A stretch of DNA of 64,000 nt from Flectonema sp. DT1601 (GCA_964019425.1 OZ025803.1:186001-250000); one strand, 5' to 3'. Positions 49,359-61,595 are shown, counted from the first letter of the stretch. A program made the numbers and translations. The notes: generated by a model from the sequence alone, not told the origin.

Positions 49359-50862
49359 ATGTTGAATGATCCGCTTGCGTTGTCATACCCATCGATGGTT
49401 GTGACCACTCCAGAGTTACAAAATGATATCGAAGTGGAGGGTGTTTCAAAGAGCCAACAAGCTGAAGAGATGGCCGCAGAACTAATGCAGTCTGTACACA
49501 TGGAACCTGACTTAGACATAACAGAACTTGCTGTTGATACTACCACAGCTGAAGAACCACAAGAAGTTAGAGAACAGTACGGTCCAGAAGATAGTGAGGA
49601 AAGTTGTGAACAAGAAGACGACGACACAAAAAGAGTAATGGAACTCGCTAGCAGGGCCGCATCCGTACCTGCAGTACCCGTTGCAGACAGTGATAAATAT
49701 ATTGGACTCGTAGCTGAGAGAAAGATCATCTCTCTTGAAAATAAATTAATGCAGGTTGAAAGTGAGCTCCGCCAGGCTCTAAAGGATCTGGCCCGATACA
49801 AACCAAAACTCGGATCTCCTCGCAGAACTGGAACATCAGTTTCTACACAAACAAGTACCATAGCAAATCAATTTGTTGATTCAAAGTCGAAGAAAACGTT
49901 AAGTCAGAGAGCACAGGCTCAGGGATCACCACTGCTTCCATCTGCTGACTACAACACTTATAAGAAGTTTGTAAGAGGAATTTGTTATAGATTTCTACCT
50001 GGTGCTGACTACCAAGATGTTCTACAGAAGTGGTTCGGTAGGGAGTCAGATGCTGTTCGTCACTTCCAAGCGACATATCTGCTGACTCCAACTATGGTAT
50101 CAGACTTGTGTAAACATGTATCTCCGGTAATATCAAGGCGTTCAACATCTGCTTCACCATCTATGTCTCGACCTGCAACCTCCACAACAAGACGCCGGTC
50201 GAGCGTTCCTCGTTCTGTACAAAGAGAGGAGTCACCATCTCGTAAGAAGGTTGCTAAGAGAGCCAAAGATCCAACCCGAGACTTTCCAAAGTTAAAAGTT
50301 TCCTCTGGAGCTACCGTTATCATTTCAGGAGCCCCATCTCAATCAAACAGAGGATTATATTTAGGAAAGGACGACAGAGGTCTGGCCTGCGTTAGAATGT
50401 TTGGCTTTAGAGATGTCAGTAGAATCCACCCGAAGGATATAAAGGTTGAGAAGAGTAAAACTAGAAAAGGTATTCACCCTGATGTATACAACCTTAGTAA
50501 TAAGATTCCAGTTGTACCTGGTGATGAAGTCCTCGTAACGAATGATGAATATAATGGAAATCACGGACTTGTTCTAAAGGTTGATGGTGATTACTTTCAT
50601 GTAGAGGTAGAAGTTCCTCGGATTGCTCCAAACAAATCAATGGGAAATACCAAACGATGGGGGTCTGTTGATAATGTAGACTCGCCTTCTAGTCAAACTC
50701 CACGTTCTGAACTAATTGAGAGTTACGTAACAGCAGATCAAGTGCAAGTGTCTCGGTATGGTTTTATTTTTGATCTTACTAGTAGATAGATGCATAATAA
50801 TAAAAATGAAAACTCCAAACAGCTACATGGCCAATGGTCAGGAACCACGTGATCTTGACTAG
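49359..50862 (+). CDS. Hypothetical protein with acidic N-terminus, coiled coil and two KOW/SH3-like motifs; exons 49359-50755 and 50823-50862
   Basis: PGDEVLVTNDEYNGNHGLVLKVDG and SGATVIISG..RGLYLG; phase-2 GTATGG..AAACAG intron. Confidence 0.7.
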
Positions 50863-52626
50863 GATTGCAATCACTGGCAACTGTAGTCACTGCAACACAA
50901 CCGACGCGATCTGAATTAGTATTTTCGGATTATAATTCTCAAGATGTGTTCATATGTTATAACACATCTCAGGCTATTATTTATGACTGAACAAACAAGG
51001 TTTTCCCTTAGTGGGTGTTTCTTCATCTACCGCCTTATCAAGCTATTTTAAAATAGCCAGTCTGGCTATGGAGTTTCGTGGGCTGTTTTTTTTTTGTTTT
51101 ATTTCACCCTCCCACCCTCTGCATTCTTTTTTTCTTTTTCCAATGTGTTTTTTTTCTGCACTGATCCACAGTCACACTATAGTGCTGCAAGCATCTTGGT
51201 GATGAAATAATTATTTCTAAGCTTAAAAAGCGGTTAGTTGTTATAGATAATTAAAAAGAGAAAAAAAAAAAATTATTATTTCAACAACAAAAAAAAAAAA
51301 AAAAAAAAATATTCTGAATGACATTTCTAAACAAGGAATCATCAGGAGAAAAAAAAAAAAAAAAAACACGTTGTGATTTAAGGTTCTGATTTGGTTAAAG
51401 CGATTACTTTTCCCCCTCCTGCCATCCCCAGCTTTTTATTTATTTATGGAAACACACAACTGCGTATTCGATCAGCACATGAAACCAAACGATGTTTCGT
51501 CGAGATTCCATGGAAATCGATAATATTAACGTGAGTACCTTAAGTTCTTATCTAGGTCGCCATCGTTTTCTAAGTCGCTTTTCTCCAAACTTTTCGGACC
51601 TGTGCGTGTGTTTTTTTTTTTTTTTTTTTTAAATTTGCCTTTTTTGTGACTGAGTTGTTTTGAATTTAAGAGGCTTCTGTGTGTTTGAGTCTTTTTCCCT
51701 TCCTCTCTTTGTGGTCGAGATAGATAATTATGTGGTACTGCCTACTTTGTTCACGTTGTGAGCATCAGGTAGTATGCGTCATAGTGTCCTTTTGTGGAGT
51801 TTGTTTCTTCTTCTGTCTTTCTTTTTCTTGTTTTTTTTGCTTGCTTCCAAAAACACGCGACGGGGTAGCTTTAGCTACTGCGTTTGGACAGTTAAGTTTT
51901 TTTCTCTTCTTTTTTTTGTCTTTTCTCCCCCAAAATTTTTTATTTTATTTTTATTTTTGCGAGAGACCGAAAAAGATATTGGTGAAATCTTTTCTTTTAT
52001 TATATTTTGTGAAAAGGACAAAAAAAACCTTCATCTATAATAATGGGAATCAAGTGCCACTTGAAGGAGTTGCATGCAAGCCTATCATTGTCTCTAGGTG
52101 GTCCAGAGATCAAAAGGCGGTTGATAATTCCTTAGTCTTTGTGTTTTGATTTTCCACAGATGGGGCAACCATCTATGTTTGTGAAAAACTAAGAACCACC
52201 GTACACACGTCCTTTCCGACTCTCACTACCATATGTTATGAATTGTGTGACACGTATTTTTGCTGTGTACGGGCATTTTTTTTTCCTTCTTTCTTTTCCT
52301 TCTTTCTCTTTTTTTTCTTCGAAGAAAAGAAGAGTTTTTTCTTCTTTTTGCGACGCATTATCGAAAAATTCATTTTTTTTTTTATTTATTTTGTTTTTTT
52401 AAAAAAATATTTATTTTTGAGTCTTGTGCGACATGTACGGGATCTTTTTTTTTCTTTTTTTTTTTCCCATTTCAACAAGTGTTTCTTGCCCGCATTCTCA
52501 GCGAATACGTACCTAATAATAGTTATTGTAATTATTTCTATTTAACAGCTGAGAGGGATGTCTAGAATAACTACTACCTTGTAAAATATTTAAAAACTCA
52601 TCTCAGACAACACAGAGTTATACACA

Positions 52627-53823
52627 ATGAATACACTGTTGATAGCTTCAGCAGCTTTATGCAGTAGCACTCTTCCTCGTGGAGGTGGTATCTGTGAAAC
52701 TATTAAAGATTGCAATGGTGCTGGCATGTGCATAAGCAAAAAATGTGTTTGTGATGATGCTTGGACAGGTTTGCAATGTGGTGATATAAATTTTGGAAAA
52801 GCCTACCGATGTGGAGAAGGAGGAGCATGTCTCCAGGATAATAACCTTGGCATTTATTCAACGTGGGGAGGAGGTGTTGTCGTAGGAGAAGATAAGAAAT
52901 TTCACATGTTCGCAGCAGGTTTCAGGAATAATTGTCCTCTGAGCAGCTGGCTAACAAACAGTGTCGTCGTTCACTTGACTTCTGACACTCCTCATGGCCC
53001 GTACACTGCTCATGACTTAGCTATCAATTCGAAGGGTAATAATACAGAGTTATGGGATGCTATTACAGACCACAACCCGGCACCGTTGAAAATAGCTCCG
53101 AGATTGTATACAATTTTCTACATGGGATCTAATTCACATATTGATGGGATAAAAAATTGCAACTCGACATCGGATTCTCGAGTTTCAGTTTCTGGAGGAA
53201 TCTCATGTCCGAATTCTGATCCTTTACAAAACCTTCCCGTTTGTAATCAGAAAATTGGAATCAGATACGCAACAACTCCATATGGTCCTTGGAAATCCTT
53301 TTCATCATACATCCTTGGACCTGGTCCTGCTGGAGAGTTTGATGATTTGTTTGTAACAAACCCGTCTGCTTTTAAGATGAAGAATGGAACAGTTGTCCTC
53401 TTATACAAAGGACGTAGTAGAGAAAAATCAAGTTTAATGCTGACTGGTGTTGCTGTAGCTTCATCATGGAATTCAACGTTTACGAGATATAATCCAACAC
53501 ATCCAATATCTGTTGCTACAACGTGTGAGGATGCGGGTGTTTATTTCAGTGAGAAGATGCAATTGTTCAGACTTGTGTTTCACTGTGCGTGTAACTATCA
53601 ATATGCATGGTCAACTGATGGTCTTCATTGGCAAGTCACGACTCCACAAAAACCATGGTGCACTGTTGCTTTCAATAACGGAACAGAGACTTTCTCACGA
53701 CGTGAACGTCCCCAATGGTTTGTTGATCCAGAAAAGGGATACCCAACTCACCTCTTTACGGGTGTTATGCCAACTGACAGCCACAACAAGCAGAGTTGGA
53801 CTTTTGTTCAGGAACTCGCATAG
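52627..53823 (+). CDS. Secreted EGF-like plus five-bladed beta-propeller glycoside hydrolase (GH43-like)
   Basis: Signal peptide; CNGAGMC..CVCDDAWTGLQC; WGG..FHMFAA, HNP, TNPS, CED, RRERPQ. Confidence 0.78.
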   Translation: MNTLLIASAALCSSTLPRGGGICETIKDCNGAGMCISKKCVCDDAWTGLQCGDINFGKAYRCGEGGACLQDNNLGIYSTWGGGVVVGEDKKFHMFAAGFRNNCPLSSWLTNSVVVHLTSDTPHGPYTAHDLAINSKGNNTELWDAITDHNPAPLKIAPRLYTIFYMGSNSHIDGIKNCNSTSDSRVSVSGGISCPNSDPLQNLPVCNQKIGIRYATTPYGPWKSFSSYILGPGPAGEFDDLFVTNPSAFKMKNGTVVLLYKGRSREKSSLMLTGVAVASSWNSTFTRYNPTHPISVATTCEDAGVYFSEKMQLFRLVFHCACNYQYAWSTDGLHWQVTTPQKPWCTVAFNNGTETFSRRERPQWFVDPEKGYPTHLFTGVMPTDSHNKQSWTFVQELA

Positions 53824-54449
53824 GAGTCTCTCTGATTAGTTACTGTGCGTATCTCACGTGTGCTCTCAGTGTTTGTTATTTAAGCAAAGAGTCTCTATTA
53901 ACAAGTCGCAACAACAAGTGGTTTTTTTAAGGATAATTGTTTTTTTCTGAAAAAAAAGTATTGTACGAATTAGTCGTATCGTTATTTACGAGCGTTGTTG
54001 TTATTGTTTTTTTCTTTCTTTTCTTTTCTTTCAGAATCGGGTGTGGGAGTACAATGCTGTTGCCCACTAACATGACCATGCACTGATGAATTTCTTTGTC
54101 TTGGTATTCTATTTGGGTGTCAATTTAAAAAAAAAAAAAACACGATGGTTGCCTGTTTTTTTCTTTCAGTTTTTGTTACAGAGGCCTTGCTATTAGTCGT
54201 CAACCTCAACTAACGTTGTTCCCTTTTTTTTTTTATTTTTTGTATATTTCTTTTTAAGGATGAAACGATGAATTCTATTTCACCTTTGACATGTCGATAT
54301 TGATATCAACATTTGCCACAATCGTTCTGACACGTTATTTGATAACTTCATATTTACTTCTTGTTTTCAAACAATCACTGTGGAGTGATGGTGAAGTGAA
54401 GTGTATACTTTATTATCATGTTCTATCTTCCAGAGAAACTTTAACCCAA

Positions 54450-56135
54450 ATGGGATACTTGGATCGCTGCATCACAAAATATGTCCTTCTCCCGAGCGAT
54501 AGCGTTCTTCAGAGAAAGCGGAAGAAAACTGTAACATATGTCTGTGTGGGGTTAATGCTTTTGACTTTTGTGACATTTTGGTCTACTGATTATTTAATGA
54601 AAGGGATCACTGTTTTCTCAGCGATGCTAAATATAGTTTTGTTGGGAAGAACTGTTGTATTGAAGAAGGACGTTACTGACAACATTTTACTTAGCTTTTC
54701 TATAACATGCGCTGTGTTAATATGTTTGACCGATTTATATGCTGTGGCTACAGGATTAGTACCTGCGTGGCCTTCATTCATATTATTCTTGGACTTACAA
54801 CTTGTGTGTGAAACAGACCGTAGGTCATCAACCATCTTAGTCAGTGTTGCTCTGATTTACTTATTGTTTGTTGCTCTTGAGTCACATTTCCGTTTTGGAG
54901 CACTCGAATACCCGTTATCCCCATCTCGCGAGGATCGAACTTGGATGGTCCAATGCAGTAACCCACCTTGTAGTCTCCCTCTTACCGTCTGTGCTTCAGC
55001 CTTTCTTTTTCAAGCAACAGTTTTTTATCTTGATTATATAATTACCCGAAAATTCGCTGAGACTGTCCGTGCAGAGAAGAAGTCGATGGTCAGTTGCATA
55101 ACAGCTGCCCAGAAAATCGCTTCTTCCTTGGCGGCATTCGATTTGGCTTCTGCTGAGCAGTCTCTTTCACAATCTGATATCCCGGTGGACTTACGGGAAG
55201 CATTGACAACGTTACTTACAAACCTGGATAATTATAAATCGTACTTACCTAGAAGCTGTCTTCCTTGCACCGATGAAATCGGACAATCAACGATGTCGAC
55301 AATTGAGGCAAGCGTTATAACCAGGGAGATTCAGAAAAAGAAAATCACTTTGTTGGAATCGAACCTGGGAGGAGGGAGCTTGCTCTTGTGTGAAAACGCT
55401 TTGCGATACGCGAATTGCGTCGCTGATTATATTTCGGCGTTGAATGACGTGGCCAACACGAATCGAGGAATAATAGAAAAGTTTCATGGCGACTGCGTTC
55501 TGGCTAGCTTTGGTGCCTCCCGTTACAACACGTTGCACTCAATCTCAGCCTGTGAAGCTGCGAGCAAGTTTTCATCTGTTCTGACTGAAGGGTTCTGGAG
55601 AGAATATGGACTGCGCTCATACATTGGTATTTCCTGCGGAGTAGCTCACTGTGGAGACCTCGGATGTTCCTACCTTCTTAGTTACAGCATAATAGGATCA
55701 ATAATAAAATGGGTTAGAGTTGTTAGGAAACACTCTCAGGCTTTAGGTGTTTCAATATTAGTTGATAACAGAATCATGAATGAAGTTAAATGTACCATAC
55801 CTCTCAGAATAGTCGATCTGCTAACCGATAGTATTGGTGCTGTTAAGTTATTGTATGAGTTAGACTTTCCTTCTCAATCCTATTCTCGAAGTAAAGAATC
55901 TGTTGGTAACGAAGAGTGGATGTATCAACTAGCGGCAATGCGTGCTGATCGTTGGGATGCCTACAACACAGCAGCTACAAGTTATCTCACCCAGTCATTA
56001 AATGATACTAAACTGACTGATTTTCGCTTACTGTTGGACAGATTACATCCCAATGACGTTCCAGTCTATTCAAAACTACTCAGCGTGATGGAAGACAATA
56101 GAACACCACCCCTACCTTTGGTTATTAGAAGGTAG
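54450..56135 (+). CDS. Multi-TM class III adenylate/guanylate cyclase-like protein
   Basis: About six N-terminal hydrophobic segments; YKSYLP, EKFHGDCVLASFG, IGISCG..CGDLG, EEWMY; start taken at MGYLDR. Confidence 0.8.
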   Translation: MGYLDRCITKYVLLPSDSVLQRKRKKTVTYVCVGLMLLTFVTFWSTDYLMKGITVFSAMLNIVLLGRTVVLKKDVTDNILLSFSITCAVLICLTDLYAVATGLVPAWPSFILFLDLQLVCETDRRSSTILVSVALIYLLFVALESHFRFGALEYPLSPSREDRTWMVQCSNPPCSLPLTVCASAFLFQATVFYLDYIITRKFAETVRAEKKSMVSCITAAQKIASSLAAFDLASAEQSLSQSDIPVDLREALTTLLTNLDNYKSYLPRSCLPCTDEIGQSTMSTIEASVITREIQKKKITLLESNLGGGSLLLCENALRYANCVADYISALNDVANTNRGIIEKFHGDCVLASFGASRYNTLHSISACEAASKFSSVLTEGFWREYGLRSYIGISCGVAHCGDLGCSYLLSYSIIGSIIKWVRVVRKHSQALGVSILVDNRIMNEVKCTIPLRIVDLLTDSIGAVKLLYELDFPSQSYSRSKESVGNEEWMYQLAAMRADRWDAYNTAATSYLTQSLNDTKLTDFRLLLDRLHPNDVPVYSKLLSVMEDNRTPPLPLVIRR

Positions 56136-56327
56136 TTTGTTGTTTTATCTGAGGTAGTTTTCACTACAATATTTTCAGTCTTCGTAAAATGTTTACACTA
56201 TCTCTTCTGTTTTGATTACATTGTTCTCGAGTGTTGGAAAAAAAGGAATCATATTTTTTTTTACCCCCGTTATACCAGACCTATCACAAAAAAAAAAAAA
56301 AAAAAAAAAAAAACACAAATCAATAAC

Positions 56328-57758
56328 ATGTTTCGAAGTGTGCGATTCTGCCTCCAAGCCGAGGCAATGCACAAACCTGAAGTGATGGTGAAAGACAGAA
56401 TGAAAGTTGGATGGGTGGGTCTTGGTAATATGGGTATGGGTATGGCGTGGAAGATAATAAAAGAACCCACAAACACTGTTCACTTGTGGACTAGATCAGA
56501 ACGTAAACTAGAAGGATACAGTAAATACATGGAAGAACAGATGAACAGATGGGTATTTAGAAGACCATTGCTAATTGATATCCCTCGATTTTCTGATATC
56601 ATATTCGTCTCTTTAGCAAATATCAGAGCAACAAGAGAAGTGTTGTTAGAAAGAGATGATGCTATACTTTATAACTGTAAACCTGGTACAGTAATAGTTA
56701 ATCATAGTACTGTTGATCCTGAGACATGCGCGGAGTTGGCGCAGATAGCAGCCGCACGTGATCTCTTGTACCTTGACGCTCCTATTTCTGGTTCTCCCGA
56801 GTTGTCCCAGAGCGGGAATCTAACAGTAATGGTCGGAGGTGATGAGATCGGCTTTCGCAAAGCCTCAAAACTAATGTCCAGATACGCAAGCAATATTCAG
56901 TACATGGGACCTGCTGGTGCTGGAACTCGAACAAAAGTCTTAGTTGAAGCTGTTGGAGCTGCTCAGAATGTTTTATCAGCGGAGTGTGCACTTCTCGCGA
57001 AGTCTCTTGGGCTGAATGATTTCGATACACTTTCTAATGTTATTGACGGGACTTTATCAGGTTCAAATATGTTAAAAAGGAATCTCCCATTCATGTCACA
57101 TCAATTTCAAGCCACTGACAAAGTGTTTACCGGAACTAAAATATCCAGTCAGGTTAAGAATCTACGAATTATGGAGAGAGCAGTTCCATCTGAACTACGT
57201 CCTATGCTACCATTGATATCGAGATCGCAGGACATAACTGTGGCGACGGGTGATGCTGGTGGACACGATGCGGATATTTCTTCTGTTTTACATTTCTTAA
57301 ATCCAACCAATCCGAATACAGAAATCAATTGGAAGACTTCAATACACTCTGAGGAAGATAATCAGGATACCAAATCAGATAACTCAGCGAAGTTCAACTG
57401 GAGTGACGTTACTGAGTTCGATTCCCCACAAAACTCTGGTCCGACTTCATCTGTAGAAGTTCCTACAATCTCAAGAGATAAGCTTGAGTCGTTATATTCT
57501 AAGGCTCGTCCTTCTGCTGCTGATTCAACAGGTCAGGGTCGGGCTCAAGTAGTTCGCTCAGCCATCAATTCAATGAGTAACCCACTAGGAAAACAACATC
57601 ATTCAGTACAAGCAACAATGGATAAATTCTCTAACGTTGGTAAGTTATTTGATAGTAGTATGGGAAAGGCAACTTTCCACGGAGTTCCATTCCACCAGCG
57701 TGCTCAGAGCCTCATCGATCCAACAAAGGGAAAGACGTTAGATGTAAAGGCAGCGTAG
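56328..57758 (+). CDS. Beta-hydroxyacid dehydrogenase (3-hydroxyisobutyrate dehydrogenase/6PGD family), possible mitochondrial presequence, C-terminal extension
   Basis: VGWVGLGNMGMGMA, NHSTVDP, YLDAPISG, GNLTVMVGG, GAGTRTK. Confidence 0.88.
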   Translation: MFRSVRFCLQAEAMHKPEVMVKDRMKVGWVGLGNMGMGMAWKIIKEPTNTVHLWTRSERKLEGYSKYMEEQMNRWVFRRPLLIDIPRFSDIIFVSLANIRATREVLLERDDAILYNCKPGTVIVNHSTVDPETCAELAQIAAARDLLYLDAPISGSPELSQSGNLTVMVGGDEIGFRKASKLMSRYASNIQYMGPAGAGTRTKVLVEAVGAAQNVLSAECALLAKSLGLNDFDTLSNVIDGTLSGSNMLKRNLPFMSHQFQATDKVFTGTKISSQVKNLRIMERAVPSELRPMLPLISRSQDITVATGDAGGHDADISSVLHFLNPTNPNTEINWKTSIHSEEDNQDTKSDNSAKFNWSDVTEFDSPQNSGPTSSVEVPTISRDKLESLYSKARPSAADSTGQGRAQVVRSAINSMSNPLGKQHHSVQATMDKFSNVGKLFDSSMGKATFHGVPFHQRAQSLIDPTKGKTLDVKAA

Positions 57759-58121
57759 GACAGCAACGATGCCAAACTTGAAGACTTTCTAATAATAAAA
57801 TGTACCAGTACTCACTGCCTATTCACTCGATACTGAGATCGTTTTTTAATCAAAGAGTATGACTGGTACTTGGGTGTCTCAGCTGTGATACTGATGACCT
57901 AAATCTTGTTATCAATTATTCGATATATTTAGTTCGAACCTTAAACAGACTTTTTAAAATAATTTAAAATTCTATTTTTATGAAAAAAAAAAACAACAGC
58001 ACATGGTAGAGATGATCCTTTTACGTTATGGTACCTCAGCGTGAACTCTCGTGAAATATCTTTAATTAGGGGGGTTTTTTATTTAATTTTTATATCAGTC
58101 CCTTCCCCCCGCACACACATA

Positions 58122-58988
58122 ATGTCCTCAGCAATTATTCGAACTACAGCTCTGCTTGCAGTGGCCAGTCAAGTCAGTGGAAGAGAGTGCAATGAATTTT
58201 GGAAAGTGATGGGAACTTGTGTCGAAGGGACTGGCATGATTTCCTGCAGCGATGATTGCAAAGCGAGAGCTATTGAAGCAAGAAGCAATAGAGAGATGGG
58301 GGTTGATTGCGAAAATCTACCACTTTGTGGTTATCAAACTGGGTTATTGCAATCTTGTAACGTAGGAGTCAACGGTTGTGCTCCAAAGAATGACAGGTTC
58401 CCTTGGCACCGACCATCAGCTGCTCTCTCTGTTCAAACAACTCTCAAATGTCCTGATGGCGGAGGGAGTACTGAAATTAATTTACCTTGTCTTGGAGCAG
58501 ATCAACCAATAATATATTTCAGTGTTGACATTCATGATACTTCTGGTTATGAATATGAGGTGTACTCAACTGATGGTTCCCCAACTGGTCTTATGGAAGT
58601 CTTCAATATTAACGATGTTCAAAATGATGAGATAATGGATTGCTTTGCTTCTGATACTATCGATACTGCGACATGTCAGAATGCTAAGATTTCGAGGGGA
58701 TATCAATTGCCTAAATCAGTGACCTTTGATCCAAAAATTACTATTCGATTTGGGTTCAAAGCCTGTTCTGCACCGGAACCGGCTGCCAGCTGTCGTAACG
58801 TACTGGTCTTTAGAACCGCTCCAAAAAAGACTGTTACTAAGGGTGACCCTCCAAAACACGGTTGTATCTCTGCTGTTGTTCAAGTCCCTCAGCCATCACT
58901 ATCACCGATCTGTATTGATTCTGCTGCTGCAGGTGTTGCTCTCTCTCTGTCGTCGATGTTATTTTTTATTATTCTCTCGATGTTGTAA
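58122..58988 (+). CDS. Cys-rich secreted/surface protein, probable GPI anchor
   Basis: N-terminal signal peptide, many Cys, C-terminal DSAAAG followed by a terminal hydrophobic tail. Confidence 0.7.
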   Translation: MSSAIIRTTALLAVASQVSGRECNEFWKVMGTCVEGTGMISCSDDCKARAIEARSNREMGVDCENLPLCGYQTGLLQSCNVGVNGCAPKNDRFPWHRPSAALSVQTTLKCPDGGGSTEINLPCLGADQPIIYFSVDIHDTSGYEYEVYSTDGSPTGLMEVFNINDVQNDEIMDCFASDTIDTATCQNAKISRGYQLPKSVTFDPKITIRFGFKACSAPEPAASCRNVLVFRTAPKKTVTKGDPPKHGCISAVVQVPQPSLSPICIDSAAAGVALSLSSMLFFIILSML

Positions 58989-59269
58989 TTCCAATTACCT
59001 TTGGTGATAAGTCTTTGAGATGTTCTCATTGAAGGGAATTGTTTTATATAAAAGTAACTACTAACAGTCGTGAGTCGTCCGTTTTTCTTTTTTTTTCCTC
59101 CTCAGTTTTTTTTTTTTACTTCATTCCTTTTCAACAAATTCATGCGAGTAAAAACAACCCGATGGGGATGTGAGTGAAATGATGTTCTTGACATAATTAT
59201 TAATTGTGCCTGAATACTGTTTTTTAAAATCGAATAGGTGCAGTAGACGTGCGTTCTCCTGTTGAATTA

Positions 59270-59309
<40 letters not shown>

Positions 59310-60405
59310 GGTTCCTTCCAGCAGCATCTGTTGCAGTGATCCTCAAAGACCAATTTCGAAACTTGGCAATCGAGCAGCTACATCCCTTCCCCTCTCTATG
59401 TTTCAGTGACATCGACGCACAAAATACGAATTAAAAAAAAGGTGCGAGAGATGTGGTTCGCACAATACTGATTCGTAGCAAACCACACATTTACAGAATA
59501 GAATAATGCTGTGCAATAAAAGTGAGTATTTATTTTATTTTATTTTATTTGGTGTGGAAAGGAACAAAAAAAAAAAAAAAAAAAAGCACCTAACACTACC
59601 TTTGGATAAAAAACGCTCTTCATACTTTAATTTGAGGGTACGATTGCAGCGAATTTTTTCGTTGTTTTGTTTGTGCATCCACACTCACCAACCCACCCCT
59701 TTCTTACACTTGTTTTTTACGGGTGAGCCATATGTCTGATTGTAAAGTCACCAGGCAAATTTAAAAAAAAAAAAAAAAAAAATAGCAGCGGGTCGCGTTC
59801 TTCCAACTGACACCAGGCATACAGCTAACCAGCCTGTCTGTTGTGGAGGAGATGCATTTCTCTAAGGCTAGTAAGGTTCACCTTGTTGTCCCCACGTTTA
59901 TTTCCCCTCATCCGTTTTGTTGTTTTCTCATCGAAAATATGTTTCTCTTAATACGACTGCGATCACAAGATGTGATTTTAGCGTTTATATTAATCAGTAT
60001 TATTTATGTTTCTCCCCCCTCTCCTTTTTTTTTTCCCTCCCTTCACACTCCCCTATGTTGTCCTCACCAGTTCTCAAATGAGGGGAAAACAGATAAGACA
60101 GAAATTGCTGTGACGGAAATGCGTCATTTCCTTGGATGCAGTACGTGTAACAAGTTAAAAGGTAAAAACAAAAATAGTCGGCCCCGTTGTGGTAAAAATG
60201 ATAACCATAACCAAAGGCTGCAAATCAACCAAAACTACCTGTCACGACACGCCAGGGGATGTTGCTAGTGTAACAGCGTTTTGATACAGATTTGTAATTT
60301 AAAGGGGAACCAAAAAAAAAAAGTAAAAACAGAAAAAAAAAAAAAACAAAAAAAACACTTCTCGTAAGGTGCTTGATAAAAAAAAAAAAAAGAAATCTTT
60401 TTACT

Positions 60406-60436
<31 letters not shown>

Positions 60437-60782
60437 CCATCGCGAAGACATGTTTTATGAGCGAAAGGGAATTGCAGCCGCATAACGTTAACACCCTTTT
60501 ACTTTATATGCTTGTTTTCGGTTGCGCACAAAACAAACTTTTTTTTTTCCCCTCCTTATAGATCTTTCTGTGTTTCGATGCCTTGCAGCAACAAAAAAAA
60601 AAGAAAGAAGGAAAAGCTATGAGAAAAGAATAATAGAAAATAATCGAGCACCCCGTCCTGCATTGTTTTTTTTTTTTTTTTTTTTTGGTTTCTAATACTC
60701 CGTATCTGTAATATAATAACATTCACACCAGACATTAAACATATCATTATGACAGGATAAACTGAGACTGTTCACTACATTT

Positions 60783-61595
60783 ATGCCATCCTTATTATTA
60801 TTCTCATTAGGTACCCTCTTTAAGCACATGGACACAACGGTTGAAGTATTAAAAAAGATTCACAATGGAGGGTACATAGAAGATAACTTATTACAAGAAG
60901 TCGATGATATATTAAAAGCTGCCTTCGAAATGGAATCGCTGACAATAGAAGCCGCCAGTGCTAAGGTTGAATCGGAAAACGATTCAGAAATATTCCTCGT
61001 AGCTCTTGCTTGTAGGGCTGACAATGAAAAAGATGAGAAAGACTTAGTGCGAATGGCATTGGGTGCAGCTGCTGAACAGAATTTAATTACTGCACAGGTA
61101 CTGTTTGGAATGAAATACGTCAGAGAAGAAGACAGTGCGCAAGCAGCTTTGTTATACCTTGATTTAGCCAGTTTACGTCATCCCGATGCGATGCTGGTCA
61201 TCTCAAATGTCCTCAGTGAGGGAATGCCTTTTATAAAAAAAGATCTTTATCAAAGTCATCGTTGGTTAGTAGCAGCCTCTGAATGTAATCATCCGGAAGC
61301 CTGTTTCACTCTCGCTCTTATGTATGAGCTTGGTTCACCTCCTTGTGAAAAACAATATACTGCTGCTCTTTCTTTATATCGAAAAGCCGCTTCCCTAGGT
61401 CACATCGATGCTCAACTCAACATAGCGAAGTTATATTTATTGGGACAGGAACTCGCTGATCCGACAGCAGCGACTGAGAAGGCAGTCGATTGGTTGACGA
61501 CTGCCTCGAGGAATGGATCTTTCGAAGCGAGACACTTACTTAATAGAATGCCACTCAAATCAGGAATCCAGCAACATACTATCTGCTCTAAATAG
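60783..61595 (+). CDS. Sel1-like repeat protein (start may be the later Met at 60828)
   Basis: HPEACFTLALMYELG, YRKAASLGHIDAQLNIAKLYLLG, WLTTASRNG. Confidence 0.85.
   Translation: MPSLLLFSLGTLFKHMDTTVEVLKKIHNGGYIEDNLLQEVDDILKAAFEMESLTIEAASAKVESENDSEIFLVALACRADNEKDEKDLVRMALGAAAEQNLITAQVLFGMKYVREEDSAQAALLYLDLASLRHPDAMLVISNVLSEGMPFIKKDLYQSHRWLVAASECNHPEACFTLALMYELGSPPCEKQYTAALSLYRKAASLGHIDAQLNIAKLYLLGQELADPTAATEKAVDWLTTASRNGSFEARHLLNRMPLKSGIQQHTICSK

Noticed and set aside
43177..61000. Many short Phe- or Lys-rich ORFs in intergenic DNA
   Set aside because: Translations of poly-T and poly-A tracts.
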